DNA of 64,000 nt. It comes from Eledone cirrhosa. Its lineage: Eukaryota. The notes under the pieces were generated by a model that was not told the DNA's origin, did no database searches, and worked only from the letters and a program-made list of their open reading frames with translations. The stretch spans positions 8,122,001 to 8,186,000 of the forward strand of contig OZ024750.1 in assembly GCA_964016885.1 (NCBI GenBank), given 5' to 3'. Every line of letters begins with the position of its first letter. Position 1 is the first letter of the stretch. A program made the translations under genes and the position numbers. Below, piece after piece: positions 1-14,241 of this stretch.

Positions 1-52
1 ATATATATAAATACATACATATATATATACTGAGTGTTTATGTGTGTGTGTG

Positions 53-84
<32 letters not shown>

Positions 85-257
85 TGTATGTATGTATGTA
101 TGTATGTATGTATGTATGTATGTATGTGTGTGAAAGAAAGGTGATGCAACTATGCTATATTATTTATGAAATCAACAAATTAACGGAGTTGATTGCACCA
201 AAGAGATGTCAATTTGTTTCTGTACAATAGCATTTTGAAGCAAATACAAATATTCAT

Positions 258-567
258 AATTGTTTCTACTTTTGGCACAAGGCCAGCAATTACCCAGTGC
301 ATTACTGGTACTTTATTTTATCGACCCCGTAAGGATGAAAGGCAAAGTTAACCTCGGCGGGATTAATACAAATATTCATAATTGTTTCTACTTTAGGCAC
401 AAGGCCAGCAATTACCCAGTGCATTACTGGTACTTTATTTTATCGGCCTCGTAAGGATGAAAGGCAAAGTCAACCTCGGCGGGATTTGAACTCAGATCGT
501 AAAGGGACGAAACTATGCTGGAAAGCATGGCGTCCGACCCTCCACCGATACTGCCAATCTACCGCCT
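258..567 (-). mobile_element. tRNA-derived SINE (family S1): partial copy 258-364 plus full copy ~380-567 with TSD
   Basis: Head ggcggtagattggcagtatcggt...gagttcaaatccc (A/B-box-like). Body tttgcctttcatccttacgaggccgataaaataaagtaccag. TSD tacaaatattcataat at 367-382 / 568-583. Confidence 0.9.
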
Positions 568-733
568 TACAAATATTCATAATGAAAGCAAATTACTTTT
601 TAAAAATTTCTTCCTGAAAAATCATTTCATTTATCAATATTCAATAACAATCCCTTCTAAAAATCATTAGTTTCTTTCCCCAGAGCCTTCTCAAAATACA
701 AATGTCTTACCCACTTCATAGTTACGCAGCTCT

Positions 734-1357
734 GGTTTGGTAGTATCGGTAGAGTGTATGGCACCATACCTCGTACTATAGTTACGTGCTTTTACATTGT
801 GTTCAAATCCCATTGAGGCTAGCTTTGCCTTTCATCTTTACGGGGTCGATAAAATAAAGCACCAGCAATGCAGTGAGGGCCATTTAATCGACATTCCCCT
901 CCCCCCAAAAAAATTGTTGGCTTTGTACCTAATCAGAAACCATTATTTAATGGCAGTATCGGTAGAGGGTCGGACGCCATGCTTTGACGCATAGAGTTAC
1001 GGTCCTTGCCATTCTGAGTCAAATCCCGTAGAGGTTAACTTTGCCTTTCATCCTTACGGGGTTGATAAAATATAGTACCAGTAATGCAATGGGTAATTGC
1101 TGGCCTTGTGCCACAACTAGAAACAATTATTTATTTAACACATAAAGTACCAGTGATGCACTGGGTAATTGCTGGCCTTGTGCCAAAAGTAGAAACAATT
1201 ATTTATTTAACACATAAAGTACCAGTGATGCACTGGGTAATTGCTGGCCTTGTGCCAAAAGTAGAAACAATTATTTATTTAACACATAAAGTACCAGTAA
1301 TGTACTGAGTAATTGCTGGCCTGGTGCCAAAAGTAGAAACAATTATTTACTTCACAC
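734..1357 (+). mobile_element. Two S1 SINEs head-to-tail, followed by tandem amplification of the 3' tail (72-bp period)
   Basis: Copies at ~734-948 and ~951-1135. cataaagtaccag recurs at 1141, 1213 and 1285. Confidence 0.9.
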
Positions 1358-3327
1358 ATTGCATCTTGGTACTCAGTGATTCGTATGTAGTTTTGTAAAA
1401 ACTACTTCTAGAAGCTTAACATTTCCGTTAACTCTGTTCTAAACATTTATTCAGTCTCTGACAACCTCTCATTTACAGCAAACGTCTTTTCACTCCACTC
1501 TCTGAATATTCAATCTATATCTGGTGTAATTTCCTGTATATTTTTTTCGAGAACATAATCAGAACATTCATAAACTAGAATTCATATCTAGCTAACTGGT
1601 TCGTTTCCTATGGTTTTATAGATATCATGACTTCAGCTTTTTCCTCAGTCAATCAGTCAGATGCAATTAAGTAAAGTAGATTGCTACTGAAGACATTCAT
1701 ATACATTTTGATATCAGTTGTCTGTAACCGCTGTGGTATTAGAAGTTTCATAGCATATATTTTAGGGAATATATATATATAATCATAACTTTGATTATCT
1801 ATTTAATGTGGAATCTAAGTAAGTATTCATAATTCTTAGCTATCGTATGAGGCTAATGAAACGGATATGGTTCATGAGTAGCTTAATTTTTTAAAGATTG
1901 ATCGCTATAGAAAAGGTATGCAGCCGTGAGTCTCAGAACATTGTAAAGGAGTAACTATACTCTTAGTCCTATATTATGTTAGTAAACATAATTATGTCCG
2001 TACTCATTCTATCGATTGTCTGTACAAGTGAACTCATTATATATCCTACACTTGTATTTATTGCATAAGAATGTTAAGTTATATTAGTCGACATTAATTT
2101 GTGGATACCGGAAATGGAATGATCCATCAAACACCATTAAGGGCATGCATATCATATAACCACACAATGACTGATGTGATTGAATGGGGGGGGGGTCTTC
2201 CAATTCTGGATGAGTGAAGTGATTAGGCTCATTGCTGGTACTTCTGAATTACTAAACTATTTGGTTTTGTGAGTCAATGTTAATAATATTGGAGAAGTGT
2301 CCTCTTCCAATTGAGTTACCTGAAGCCTCTTCGCATTTCATTAACAGATCGCAAACGTTATGGGCCATAGCCAGCTCCAAACATGCTTTCATTGTTTCAT
2401 TCGGTAGAGTGAGAAATTCATATCCTAGCATCAGATAGAGCCGAATAAGGCTTCGTAGCAGTTTTTACGCATCCTTGTAGCAGTAATTGTAGCATTCATC
2501 GTGACCTGTCATATCACCAGTGTGTCTAGACATTTGTGTGATTATAGCATTTACAGTCTTAAATTACAAAAGTTGGTAAGTGATGTAGTTTTCGATTGAT
2601 GCTTTCACACTGACCTTTTATAGCTACTAATTCCCCCAAACCCGTATTTTGTATTCCCTGTAATCCTTATGTCAGCACGTGGAAAAGCTTTTACTAAAAT
2701 TTGATAATTCTATTTAGGCTTCTGAAAGCAGAGTAATTAAAGCAAGTTTTAATCAATATAAATGAAATTTAAAAGAAAATGAAGAACTAAAGGAAATAAA
2801 CAACAAATGCCAACATTTAAACTAAATATAAAACAGAAGACAAATCAAATTGAAATATAAAACTAATTAATTTCTATTTCCTAGTACAATTTTAGTTTTC
2901 ATCAATCTAATGACATTCAGATTATAAAATCTAGAATCCCGATTTCAATGCTTCAGAGAACAGAACGGATATAAGACATTTTACACAATCTTTAAAAGGA
3001 AGCAAGCAACCATATTTCAAAGAAATCACGTCATATTCTCCTAATATATCTGGTAACAAATTAAGAGAAATTCCTAACACGCAGCAACTAAAACTCATTT
3101 GAATAATTGTTTTCTTTATTATGATAATTATATCTGAAACAACAGTTCAATATGTCTTTGCTTTAGCGATTGTAGTTGGTATTATTCGAATTAAAATAGA
3201 CTAAGACGTTAATTTATATCGATAGACAATCGCTTCTCCAAATTTGGTTCATGTGTTCATTGAAATCATATATGATACATAAGGCTGGAATTAAGAGTCC
3301 AATATCCTGTCATATTATTGCATACCA

Positions 3328-3516
3328 AGGGCGGTGGTTTGGCAGTATCGGTAGAGGGTCGGATGCCATGCTTTCCAGCATAGTTACGTCCCTTTGCGGT
3401 CTGAGTTCAAATCCCGCCGAGGTTAACTTTGCCTGTCATCCTTACGGGGTCGATAAAATAAAGTACCAGTAATACACTGGGATAATTGCTGGCTTTGTGC
3501 CAAAAGTAGAAAAAAT
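3328..3516 (+). mobile_element. S1 SINE, full length
   Basis: Matches consensus. TSD attattgcatacca at 3314-3327 / 3515-3528. Confidence 0.92.
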
Positions 3517-4846
3517 TATTGCATACCATTATTGTCTTAGATGACGAATGCTTATAGAACGAATGATCCGAGTTTCAAAACACGGTATCAGTGTTGGACT
3601 AAATTTGAACCACAATCTTTCACATATACAAGCCTAGTTTCCACAAATGAACATGTTTTTGCTGAAATTTTACTGTGATAATTTCTTTTCCCTCGACTTA
3701 ACGGGTTGAATGTGCGAGAGATAGCAGTCAAATATCCCCCATTCAAGTTACCATCTTAACAATAAAGGACATATTGGATAACATAATGCCTGATGCACTT
3801 TCCTGAAAACAAAAAAGTCGTGATGCATTTGAGCAGATGTCTAGGCATTCAAGTCTGACATAAGTATAAAGTATAACTAAAATAACAACCTGAATAATTA
3901 CAACAAGAACATTGATTGTTAAATGATATCAGTTACTGAGATATGTAATCACTAAACAGGGTCGAAAGAAATGTGAACTTACACCCACGAAGAGTTTATT
4001 ATTACTTTTTTTAATCAAATATGAATATTACACCTAAAGTGATTATCTTAAATTGGAAACTACAGCTGATGGGGATAGTTGTGATTATACTCCCACAAGA
4101 GAAGAAACTGTTCTAGATTGCTCCGGTATGGAATATTACTTTCTTAGTTGAATTAATATGATCCCACGGAGTCCACATCAATATATCTTCTCCTACACTT
4201 ATTTGCGTATCTGAAGACTGCATAACGTTATACAAAAGCAAGCCACTTTAAAGTGTATTGTTTCCATAGTCAATAGTCCTATTACTTACTCTTCCGGAAT
4301 CTGCTCACAACTTAATCTATTGAGTTGATAAGATCTTGTGATAAGAATTTTCTCTGAAACCTTTACATTACCTACTTGAATATGTCCACACAGTAATTTA
4401 TTTTCAAATCTTCAAACTTTATATGGTATAACAGTCTATCTCCAGCTATTGAAACACATTTTATTAATGCTATTAGTTTTCTTGTTGAAAATATTGATTT
4501 GAACTCGGACCATAAAGGGCCGTAACTCTTTGCTGCAGAGCATGGTGTCTGACCCTTTCGAAGTTAATGTCATGTGTTAAAGCTACAATGGTTAATATTA
4601 AATACTTCTACATGTATAGAGCGACTCCATTCTGATTCATTCACACATATCGAATCCGCATAAGAATACTTAGATCAGAAATGGCACAGAGCTGCAGTTT
4701 AAGAACTTATACGAAAAGATTATATCTTTAATTCACAAGATATAGAATACGAGTGATCTAGGATTAATATAAAACTTGTAAATTCATACTGAGTCCTTGT
4801 TGTTTACACCAGTTATTTTTATTTAACATATGCTACTTATCTCCGT

Positions 4847-5128
4847 ATGGAGGCGCATGGATTAGTGGTAAACGTGTTGAACTTATGATCATAATGTCAT
4901 AGATTCAATTCCTGGTCTGGGATGTGTTGTTTTCTTGAGTAAAATATTTCATTTCACGTTGCCTCAGTAAACTCAGCTTAAAATGAGTACCAGCAATAGC
5001 TGGGATTTAACCCTGTAATAGACTGGCATCCTCTCCATGGGTGGGTGGGTGGAGGCTTGTACTCTCAGTAGCTTCATGCCACGAAACCGGAATAAACACC
5101 GGCCTGATGAACCTATTGGCTTGAGACT
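4847..5128 (+). mobile_element. Second tRNA-derived SINE family (S2, CORE-like central domain)
   Basis: Head ggaggcgcatggattagtggta...gattcaattcctgg, then gttttcttgagtaaaatatttcatttcac (CORE-like) and aaaatgagtaccagc. Homologues at ~31170-31345(-), ~43565-43790(+) and ~47618-47740(-). Confidence 0.7.
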
Positions 5129-5923
5129 AATTCATTTATCTACAATAACAGAGACAATATCTACACACGTTCACTTAATACAGACACGAGTTGTAGTTAT
5201 TAATAATATGTATTACCGTTGCAAATAAATCTAGATTCATAATATATGGGCCCTGACTTAATGACACAGATAAGTTTACTTAACTAACGTTATACCCTCA
5301 ATATACCAGAAAAGGTTGCTAAATGAATGATTTAGGGAAGGCAACCTCAGAATTTAAATTGAGATAAATTCGAACTGAAACGAGAATTGACGTCGACCTG
5401 TAGTTACAGCTCAATGGGAATGTTACCTTATTTATATCTAATTGCATATACTTGATATACTTTTCATATTACGATAGTTCAATATTGATTTTATTATTAC
5501 AATGCTACTTTGTCTTGTCTAGACATATCTTAGTATTTGTAAATTATATCGAATATTTGATTATCTTCTATGTTATCTTTTATTTAAATTCTATAAAGAC
5601 TGCATAGTAAATATATTGTTGATTACCTCTAAAATATATATTTTTTTTCAAAATATCAAATATATAGACAGACAACCTAATACGGCTATGGTTGTGTTCT
5701 ATTGCAACACTTAAATACAAGTTATTAATATGTTATAAGGCTGCGAATTGACAGAATCGTTAGAGCTTCGGATAAAGTAACTTGCAGTATTTGTTCCGGT
5801 ATGTTGAAACATGAGTTCAAATTCCACCATGATCAAGTTTCTCTTTCATGTGGAAATTGAGGAAGACATTCCCAATCAAGCACTAGCGTCCATTCTTGTA
5901 CCCCCTCCAGGCCCTCCCTGCCC

Positions 5924-6359
5924 CCTCTCTCTCTCTCTCGCTCTCTCTCTCTCGCTCTCTCTCTCTCGCTCTCTCTCGCTCTCTCTCTCTCGCTCTCTCT
6001 CTCTCGCTCTCTCTCGCTCTCTCTCTCGCTCTCTCTCGTTCTCTCGCTCTCGCTCGCTCTCGCTCTCTCTCGATCTCTCTCGCTCTCTCGCTCGCTCTCG
6101 CTCGCTCTCGCTCTCTCACTCTCTCTCGCTCTCTCTCTCTCTCGCTCTCTCTCGCACTCTCTCTCGCACTCTCTCTCCCTCTCTCTCGCACTCTCTCTCG
6201 CTCTCTCTCGCTCTCTCTCGCCCTCTCTCGCTCTCTCTCTCGCCCTCTCTCTCGCCCTCTCTCGCCCTCTCTCGCTTTCTCTCTCGTTCTCTCTCTCGCG
6301 CTCTCTCTCTCTCTCTCTCGCTCTCTCTCGCTCTCTCTCTCTCGCTCTCTCTCTCTCGC

Positions 6360-6403
<44 letters not shown>

Positions 6404-6434
6404 GCTCTCTCTCTCGCCCTCTCTATCTCTCTCT
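5924..6434. repeat. Compound (CT)n/CTCG polypyrimidine microsatellite, ~510 bp
   Basis: Direct reading. Explains the LS/RE-rich ORFs. Confidence 0.97.
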
Positions 6435-6608
6435 CTATATATATACAGATCAAACATTGCGGTGGCGAAACGCGCATCACTAACCACCCGTCCTTGTTTT
6501 ATTTTATTATACTACACTCTGTCTAGCTCTACACCTCAACACAGAAGTGAACCTAAACATCGAGTGCTCCCCCGGGTGAACCTACAGTAACTCCACGTTA
6601 CGCTCCCT

Positions 6609-6648
<40 letters not shown>

Positions 6649-7179
6649 GTGTATATGTGTGTACATGCTTATATACTTTATATACATTGTATTGTAATAG
6701 AACATAGCATGTGATATTTACAAATATTACAACCTTTAGTTAGTGTCTATTCTCAATATGAAATACCTTCTATACTTCAGAAAAAGAAACTACCCAACCG
6801 ATTCAATAAATCATTTTTCATGTCTGTGTAAGTTTGTATAATATCGTTTGGAGTATATTTATCAAACAGCATATTGTGCCTTGTAAATATATGTGCTGTT
6901 ATGAAAGGAAACATCTTTTAGTTATATCATCAGAGCTACGTTATAAAGCATTGTATTATTTGAATGATTGATATTGAGGTCAGCAAAATTTATGAAATGG
7001 CATGCCAACATTTAATTCACCTGAATATATGGCGTCTTGTGTTTCAAGAATAGATTTCCATATAACATACAGCTTTAGTAATTTCTTATACACACACGCA
7101 CATAGACACACATACATATATACATGCATAAACAATTACACACACACACATAGGCACATATATAGTAATAATAAATAAA

Positions 7180-7392
7180 AAGACCAAAATCCAAAGAGGA
7201 CTCGATAAGTATTGTATATATATATATATATATATATAAACTTGTCGAGCGGATTTTAATACTGTATTTTTAGTGCAGATTAAATGTTTAAGAAAACGTT
7301 TCTAAGGGGGGTCATTTGAAATAGAAACAGTATCAGATGACCCCGTTTAGGGTTAAGCAGAAATATTTTTCTTAAATCTTTAATCTGTACTT
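7180..7392. mobile_element. Family C fold-back element, diverged
   Basis: cagattaaatgtttaagaaaa...ggggtcatttga is inverted to tcagatgacccc...ttttcttaaatctttaatctg. Flanked by (TA)n and homologous to the 35.6 kb copy. Confidence 0.6.
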
Positions 7393-7869
7393 ATATATAT
7401 ATATATATGTTTGTTCTTACTCTTTGTCGTTTCTCGTTCTTTTTCCTCTTTTCTTGGTCTTCATTCTTCTTCTTCCGTGTTCTTTCGTTATTTCTTGAAC
7501 TTTCTACATCTTTCTTTCACTTCCTCTACTTTAAATTATTTCAGTGCTATATACGTTCCACGTCAAATTTTAAAAACATCAATAATGCTTTATAGATTAG
7601 TCATTTTATCAATAAATGCTATCTTATAACATACATACATATATACATTTATCATTTATTTTGTTTTGACCTGTTTAGCTTGATTTGGTTTTGGGGTTGG
7701 GTGGTTAATGCTTTCTTGACCACCTTTTCAGTTTTGTATGGCTTCTTAACACATTGTTTAGATCTGGTTTTTAACTATTGAGCACTTTGTCAGTATCATT
7801 TCTGATTTTTCCGTTTCGCTTCGCTTTTCCTGCCCGCCGAAAATACGATTCTTGCTGAATCTTTATTTG

Positions 7870-7910
<41 letters not shown>

Positions 7911-8355
7911 ATACATTTATATATACATGCTTATATGCAAGACGTATATACCTATATTCATGTATATAGTATATATATTATAAAACCCAATACAATTATG
8001 TATTCAGGTAAATTCGTAATATAATACTCTAATTAAGATTATATTTTTATATAGGAAAATATGTTTCTGTTTTCGTGAGACATGTGAGACTATATTGTTG
8101 GATGGCTGCCATATTTTATGATGTTTAATAAATCTATAATATTGAATTCATTTTTTTAAGCCAAAAAGAAAAGAATAAAATATATTATGGGTTCTCGGTA
8201 CAGATTATGTCAAAGATCCATGACAAGTAAAAGTAATTGGCATTGAATATGTTCAGCAGTGAAATTAATGTCTAAAAGAAAAAATGAAATCTTTTCAGGA
8301 CGATAATCAATTTTGCCTCGCATAATGCGATACATGAAATGATAGTTCAACATGC

Positions 8356-8409
<54 letters not shown>

Positions 8410-9622
8410 TTTGTTGGTTCACCACTGGATAGAACTGGTCATTCCGTGTGGTCAACCTCGATGTAATACTATGGGGAGCACTCAACGTAATGCAACTCAC
8501 CCGTCTTCGTTTGTGTAGTTGGTGGTGCGAGTACGGAGTTAATTATTATAAAATAACAGGAAGCTGGACTGGTGTAAATCCTTGAAAGGTTTATTATACT
8601 ATGATCATTTCAATGACTGGGTTCAGTATGAATCCGGTGACATCAATGTACTATTACCATCCCGTAAGATAGAAATGTCAGCGCTGAGGTCACGCGTCAG
8701 TCAGGCATGCTAGAAATTGCCGCGAAAAATGTTTTTTCCAAGAACAAATATCTTCAACAAAGACACACATAGAGATTAAAAAGGGAGAGAGTGTGTGTGA
8801 ATGAGAGAGAGAGATAGTGACAGAGAGAGTAAAACAGAGAGAGAGAGAGTGTGTGGGAGAATGAAAAAGAGAGAGATTGACAGAGAGAGTGAGAAAGAGA
8901 GTATGTGTGTAATTGATATAGAGAGAAGGCGACAATTCACAGAAGGATGCTTTTATGAGAAAGTTTAAGTGTACTATATATAGTCACGATACATTTTCAG
9001 GGCAATATATAGAGTAAAAATTACGCCCTTACTAGCGGTCAATAACCAGCGACGACTGCGACCCCGCGTCAGCTACCCCCTCCCACGTGCCAGCTGTCCG
9101 ATTAATATTATCTAGCGAAAGAAATGGAAATAAATTTTTCTGAGCACTCCAGGAATGTAACTGTCTTAGGCGTCGGGTGTGCTAGCATGAAATCCCCCAG
9201 GCCGACTGGCCATCGTATATACCAAACGGTTGCTATTATATCACACGGGGTGGGGATTTAGTTAAGTGCTAGTAGGAAGAGGCATGATACAGCTAAAGGT
9301 TATGACTAAGCCTAGAAATTAAAGTTACTATTTCGCGGTCTATGCCGGCGGCGCGGCGAGTCCCAAGGCCGACCTGGCCCCGGGTCGAAGCAATCGTTCC
9401 GAGTAATTTCTTTTATCGAAAGAAGGGGAAATTTATTTTTCCAAGCACTCAATATATATAAGGGGTAACAAGTTATTGTTGTAGGTAATCCAGTTAGAGG
9501 TTGTGAGTGTTCTGTACTATGGATAGTTTTAACGTACGGCATTGTTTGACTCAACAAGAGGTTTCCTTAGTTAGGTGGCGAGTTTGCGAGAATTCCCATG
9601 CAGGAGATTCTTTGAGTAATAG

Positions 9623-9898
9623 TAGTGAAAGAGTGAAGAATAACATGATCGGCTGTACAAAAAGGGTTTCATTTACAGTATTAACAATTGTTTCATTGAT
9701 CAGGTGAGTCTAAATGCCACTGATCATTCGAAGTTGCGTCACTCGACCTTAAATACAGTGTGAGTCTCTGATCAAATCATAGGAATATCCGAACTTCGAG
9801 TGATCAGCGGCCTTTAAACTCACCTGATCAATGAAACAATTGTTAATACTGTAAATAAAACCCTTTTTGTACAGCCGACTATGTTATTCTTCACTCTT

Positions 9899-9904
<6 letters not shown>
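9623..9904. repeat. Long inverted repeat (113-bp arms, 56-bp spacer) ending at (TA)n
   Basis: 9623-9735 is the reverse complement of 9792-9904 with few mismatches. Confidence 0.9.
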
Positions 9905-9939
<35 letters not shown>

Positions 9940-9957
9940 TTTTTTTTATATAGATAA

Positions 9958-10146
9958 TTTTCTCTGTAGTGCTCCACTTCCCAATCTTTAACTAAACATT
10001 CCCAATAATCTTTTCTGCTACCAGGCTTTCATCACTCTAAATCTTATTTACCTCAGCATAAGGAAATATATATATATATATATTAGCAGAAAAGATTATT
10101 GGGAATGTTTAGTTAAAGATTGGGAAGTGGAGCACTACAGAGAAAT
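9958..10146. repeat. Inverted repeat (~62-bp arms) around a short (TA)n
   Basis: tttctctgtagtgctccacttcc...ttttctgcta vs tagcagaaaag...gcactacagagaaa. Confidence 0.85.
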
Positions 10147-11352
10147 TTCAAGAGCTTGAACAATAGTAGTGGAAATCATGAAACATAGATCAGACGAAAA
10201 GAAACAATTATTGTAATAGTAGAAAACAGAGAAATACTAGACAATCATGTTTATACTAGCAACATCCAGAAGCGGATTTAACAACAACTTCTCAAGAGAT
10301 ACATAAATAAGATAACTAAATATCTAATGAAAGTGTATAGATCATAGATCAGACATCTAAATTTATTGTACTTCAGCAGAGATACAGGATTACTGTCAAT
10401 ACTCTTGCAAAATATATCGTACTACACCCTTTAGTTATTATACTGATCTTTTTTGTTTTCATAATAAAACTCTTTCTGTCTAAACATGTAAATACTTATT
10501 TTGCTTATATCGTAGCAATCGTTTGGGAAATGAAGACATGAATGTCGAAAATCTGACTGTTTACTTATTTTAGACTGGAGATGGATCTAATAGAGGTTTA
10601 GCTTTAATTGATTTCCATAATGTAACAAGTAGTATCAGGTTTTTTTATATCTATTTGATATCACCACCTACCCTTAAACACATGACTCTGGTATAAATAT
10701 TTTGTGTAAACAATAGGGTTAGCTTTTTCTATGTAAATACTCGAATCATCAGAAATTGTGACTCATCTGATACAGAAGGCGTTTTGATTTATGCATAGTG
10801 CAAAATAATAATAATAATAATAATAATAAACCCCTAATAAGTATTCTGAAATATTTCAACTCCAGTATTGATGTTTGATATTGTTTTTTATTCATTCCCT
10901 TATTTTCCCGTCAATATTTGTTTTGGATAAAAGGAAATGAATAAAGAAGAAATTAATCATAATATATTATATATTTTAGTGCTTGCTCTTGATGCTAGAT
11001 ACAATGGCTGCGAATAAAACGATTACATTTCTTTCCTTTTAAATCTGAGTAGGTTCCACAGAGGTTGCTATTAAAGTTGGTTTATCAATTTGCTGTTCTT
11101 ACAAAAATATACTTCCGGTCCGTGTACACAACGAACTCTCTCAATGGAAATCTGCCAAAATCATATTCGTCCATTAAAGAAAAATTCATTTCCCGGATTT
11201 TTTTTATTTCTGAAGTAGCTTTCCTAAAAGTGTATTGTGGCTTATTTGTCAACAAATAGAATAGTATATGAAGATCAACATGGTTTACTATGAAAATGAA
11301 CTACAATAATTCTATTTTGTTTTAACTAATGGTTAAACACGTTAGATACCAT

Positions 11353-11487
11353 AATAGTTTCTACGTTAGACACAAGGCCAGCAATTACACATTGTATTAC
11401 CGGTACTTTATTTTATCGACCCCGTAAGGATGAAAGGCAAAGTTAACCTCGGCGGGATTTGAACTCAGAATGGCAAGGGCCGTAACC
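11353..11487 (-). mobile_element. S1 SINE, 5'-truncated
   Basis: Matches the S1 body and tail. Confidence 0.85.
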
Positions 11488-12844
11488 AATCCAGCCATTG
11501 TATAAAGTTATTTCTGCTTCCTGAGAGGGTCGTGGTAGCAGAGTTCTCAAATTGTATATTTCAATGTTATTCAGTAAACGAGTGACAGTGGTGTTGTTAG
11601 ATAAGATGCCTTCATGCTATAGTTCGATTTCTAACTTTGTTGGATGTTGGACACATAAAGAAAATGTAATTATTGAATTGGTGGGGTAGAATTAGTAACA
11701 GCTCTTTATCGTCAAACAAAATACATTACGTTATATATCCAGCATACTTGCGTTGTGACTTCAAATCCGACAGAAGTCAACTTTAGTTTTAAAACCTCGT
11801 GAGTCGGCTAGGCGTCGGTCAGAATGTCTTGTGGTTTTTGTTCTGGTATTTGCTTTTATGGGGTCAAATTCCACCTTAACCTACTTGAAAGGGTGTGAAA
11901 ATTGGCCGGTTGATTAAACCCCATCACATGTCTGTTCTGTTGTAAAATTTCTAGAAGAAGCTATAAAAGGCTCGATCGAGCACTGCCATTTCCTACTGAT
12001 CAAGTTATAAAACAAACAAGAAATACTCAAATAAGCTCGGGTTTAAACTTGACTATAATATTGACCGGTGTCTGTAGTTCTTGTTTAGCACCAGATCAGC
12101 TACGACCTGTTAGTCTATATCAATTTCATGACTTAGAAAAACAAGACTAAATTTATAAAAGAATACAATCACTTTGTAATTCCGGCTTCGATGACTCGTC
12201 CATAGAAGTCTTAATTTTCAGTTATGATGCTGTTTATTTCTTATTTCAAAAGTCAGTTTATCAAAAGTCAGTTAATATTCTATTCATAGCTATTAAACTT
12301 TCATTTCTTGAATCTAAATCAAAATATCATATAATACTATCTTATGAAGTATGAATAGAATTATTCTTAAAACAAGCAGTTCCCTCACATAGATTGCGGC
12401 TTCAGTATTTGTACCAATCCTTTCATTTATGACGTAAATCATGTAATAATATTCGTATTATAAAATGACTTTAAAAAATATGGTCTCTTGGGTCATATTC
12501 AAGTAATACGGTTTAATGTTTTTTTGCCGATTAATTCCATAGTTGATATGTAGCTAAACCTTGCAGCAGTTAAAACTAAAAACAAAATAACATTAAGAGT
12601 AGAAACTTGTGCGTGTGTTTATATGTGTATGTATATATATATATATGTGTATGTATATATATAACTATATATATGGGTATATGTATATTATGTATAGAGT
12701 TTTATACTTTTATTTATTTATATTCTTTATAAAACGATTCGACTTTACTTCCAAGTGACCTGCTTACTCATGTATTTACTAAAGGACTGGTCCCTCTGCA
12801 GTTTCGGGGGATGGCTAGCTGAGTGAATGGGCTTTTCCGAGGAT

Positions 12845-13030
12845 AATTGTTTCTACTTTTGGCACCAGGCCAGCAATTATCCCAGTGCATTACTGGTACT
12901 TTATTTTATCGACCCCGTAAGGATGAAAGGCAAAGTTAACCTCGGCGGAATTTGAACTCAGATCATAAAGGGAGGTAACTCTATGCTTCAAAGCATGGCG
13001 CCCGACCCTCTACCGATAGTGCCAATCCAG
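12845..13030 (-). mobile_element. S1 SINE
   Basis: Near-full consensus match. Confidence 0.9.
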
Positions 13031-14241
13031 ATAATGTCATGGCGTTGTATGACTTCCAATGATTCGTCTATACATTGATAATTTTGCTCTCAAACTTTCT
13101 TCAATTAATGTATTTAATAATATCTATCTATCTAGGGTGGGTAAAATTCCCGAGATCCATGGACGAGTTCTCTCCAGCGGTTTCTGTCCCCCCTTTATTC
13201 TGTCAAATTTATTATTAATTCTAGTGAAGTGAAAAGAACTGATAAATGCCTTATGGTCTTGCTTGGTATATCTCTTTACGTTCTGATTCCCGATTCCACC
13301 AGATTAGACATTGTTTAAAGCTTTAGAGTTGATAAAATGACAAATATCTCGTCACTTCCTGAGATTTAAATGCATTAATAGTTTTAGTAACAGTCACAAT
13401 AATGGTCCTTTGTGTAAGGTGATAGGTAGAGAGGAATTTATTCTCTGATCATAGATGTTGCTTGAATGTATACATTATATGTGGTTGTACTAACCAGGGG
13501 TTGGAGTATGTTTACACACTAGCTCCTGCAGTCATAGGTTTGTGCTGGTATGATTACTTCCAGATATCAATTCAGAACTGATGTAACAATTTCTCTATAA
13601 TGTTAATGTTTCCGTTTTACAAACCAAATCCTATTCCACACCATTGAGTTAATAGTTTGAAACTAATAACACATACACTATCCATTCGCAAATTGAGCTT
13701 AGCACTCGCGGCTAAAGAAATACGTGTCTATTATATAATAACTAATAACTCTTCAGCATCTAGCGTGGTACTATTACATTTTTCATGTACGGATCATTAA
13801 CATATAACATCAGTAACAAATTCTTTGATCATTCTGCCTAGAGATAAGTGGCTCAACTTTTGGTTCTTTTATAATCCTACACATATAATGTGAAATTAGG
13901 ATTCTCATACAATTGGGGGCGGTCACGGTCGATTAAACGTACTCCAAAATATTCTCTTGCATGTTGTATTGAATCCAGATTGAGAAAAACAAAGTTGAAC
14001 TTTACAAGATTTGAACTCAGATCAAAGAACAAAGCATTTAGAAAGTTAAATAATGATAGCTTACATCAACGCAACACCACATGTGTTGTGGGGGTTTATC
14101 TAATTGACCCTACTGATGGGCTGAGACCCTAGAAGACCCATCAGAATCCCAAATCAGAGCTTAAAAAGACATAACTTACAAATTGAAATATTAATTTAGT
14201 TTGCAGTTGAGAAATTAATACTTTTTACTGGGAAGATCTAA

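Noticed and set aside
1069-1357. Regular repeats suggestive of a CRISPR array
   Set aside because: Contiguous near-identical 72-bp units with no unique spacers, derived from the SINE tail; eukaryotic context with no cas genes.
5811-6590. LS/RE-rich ORFs (also 37476-37985)
   Set aside because: Translations of (CT)n/(GA)n microsatellites.
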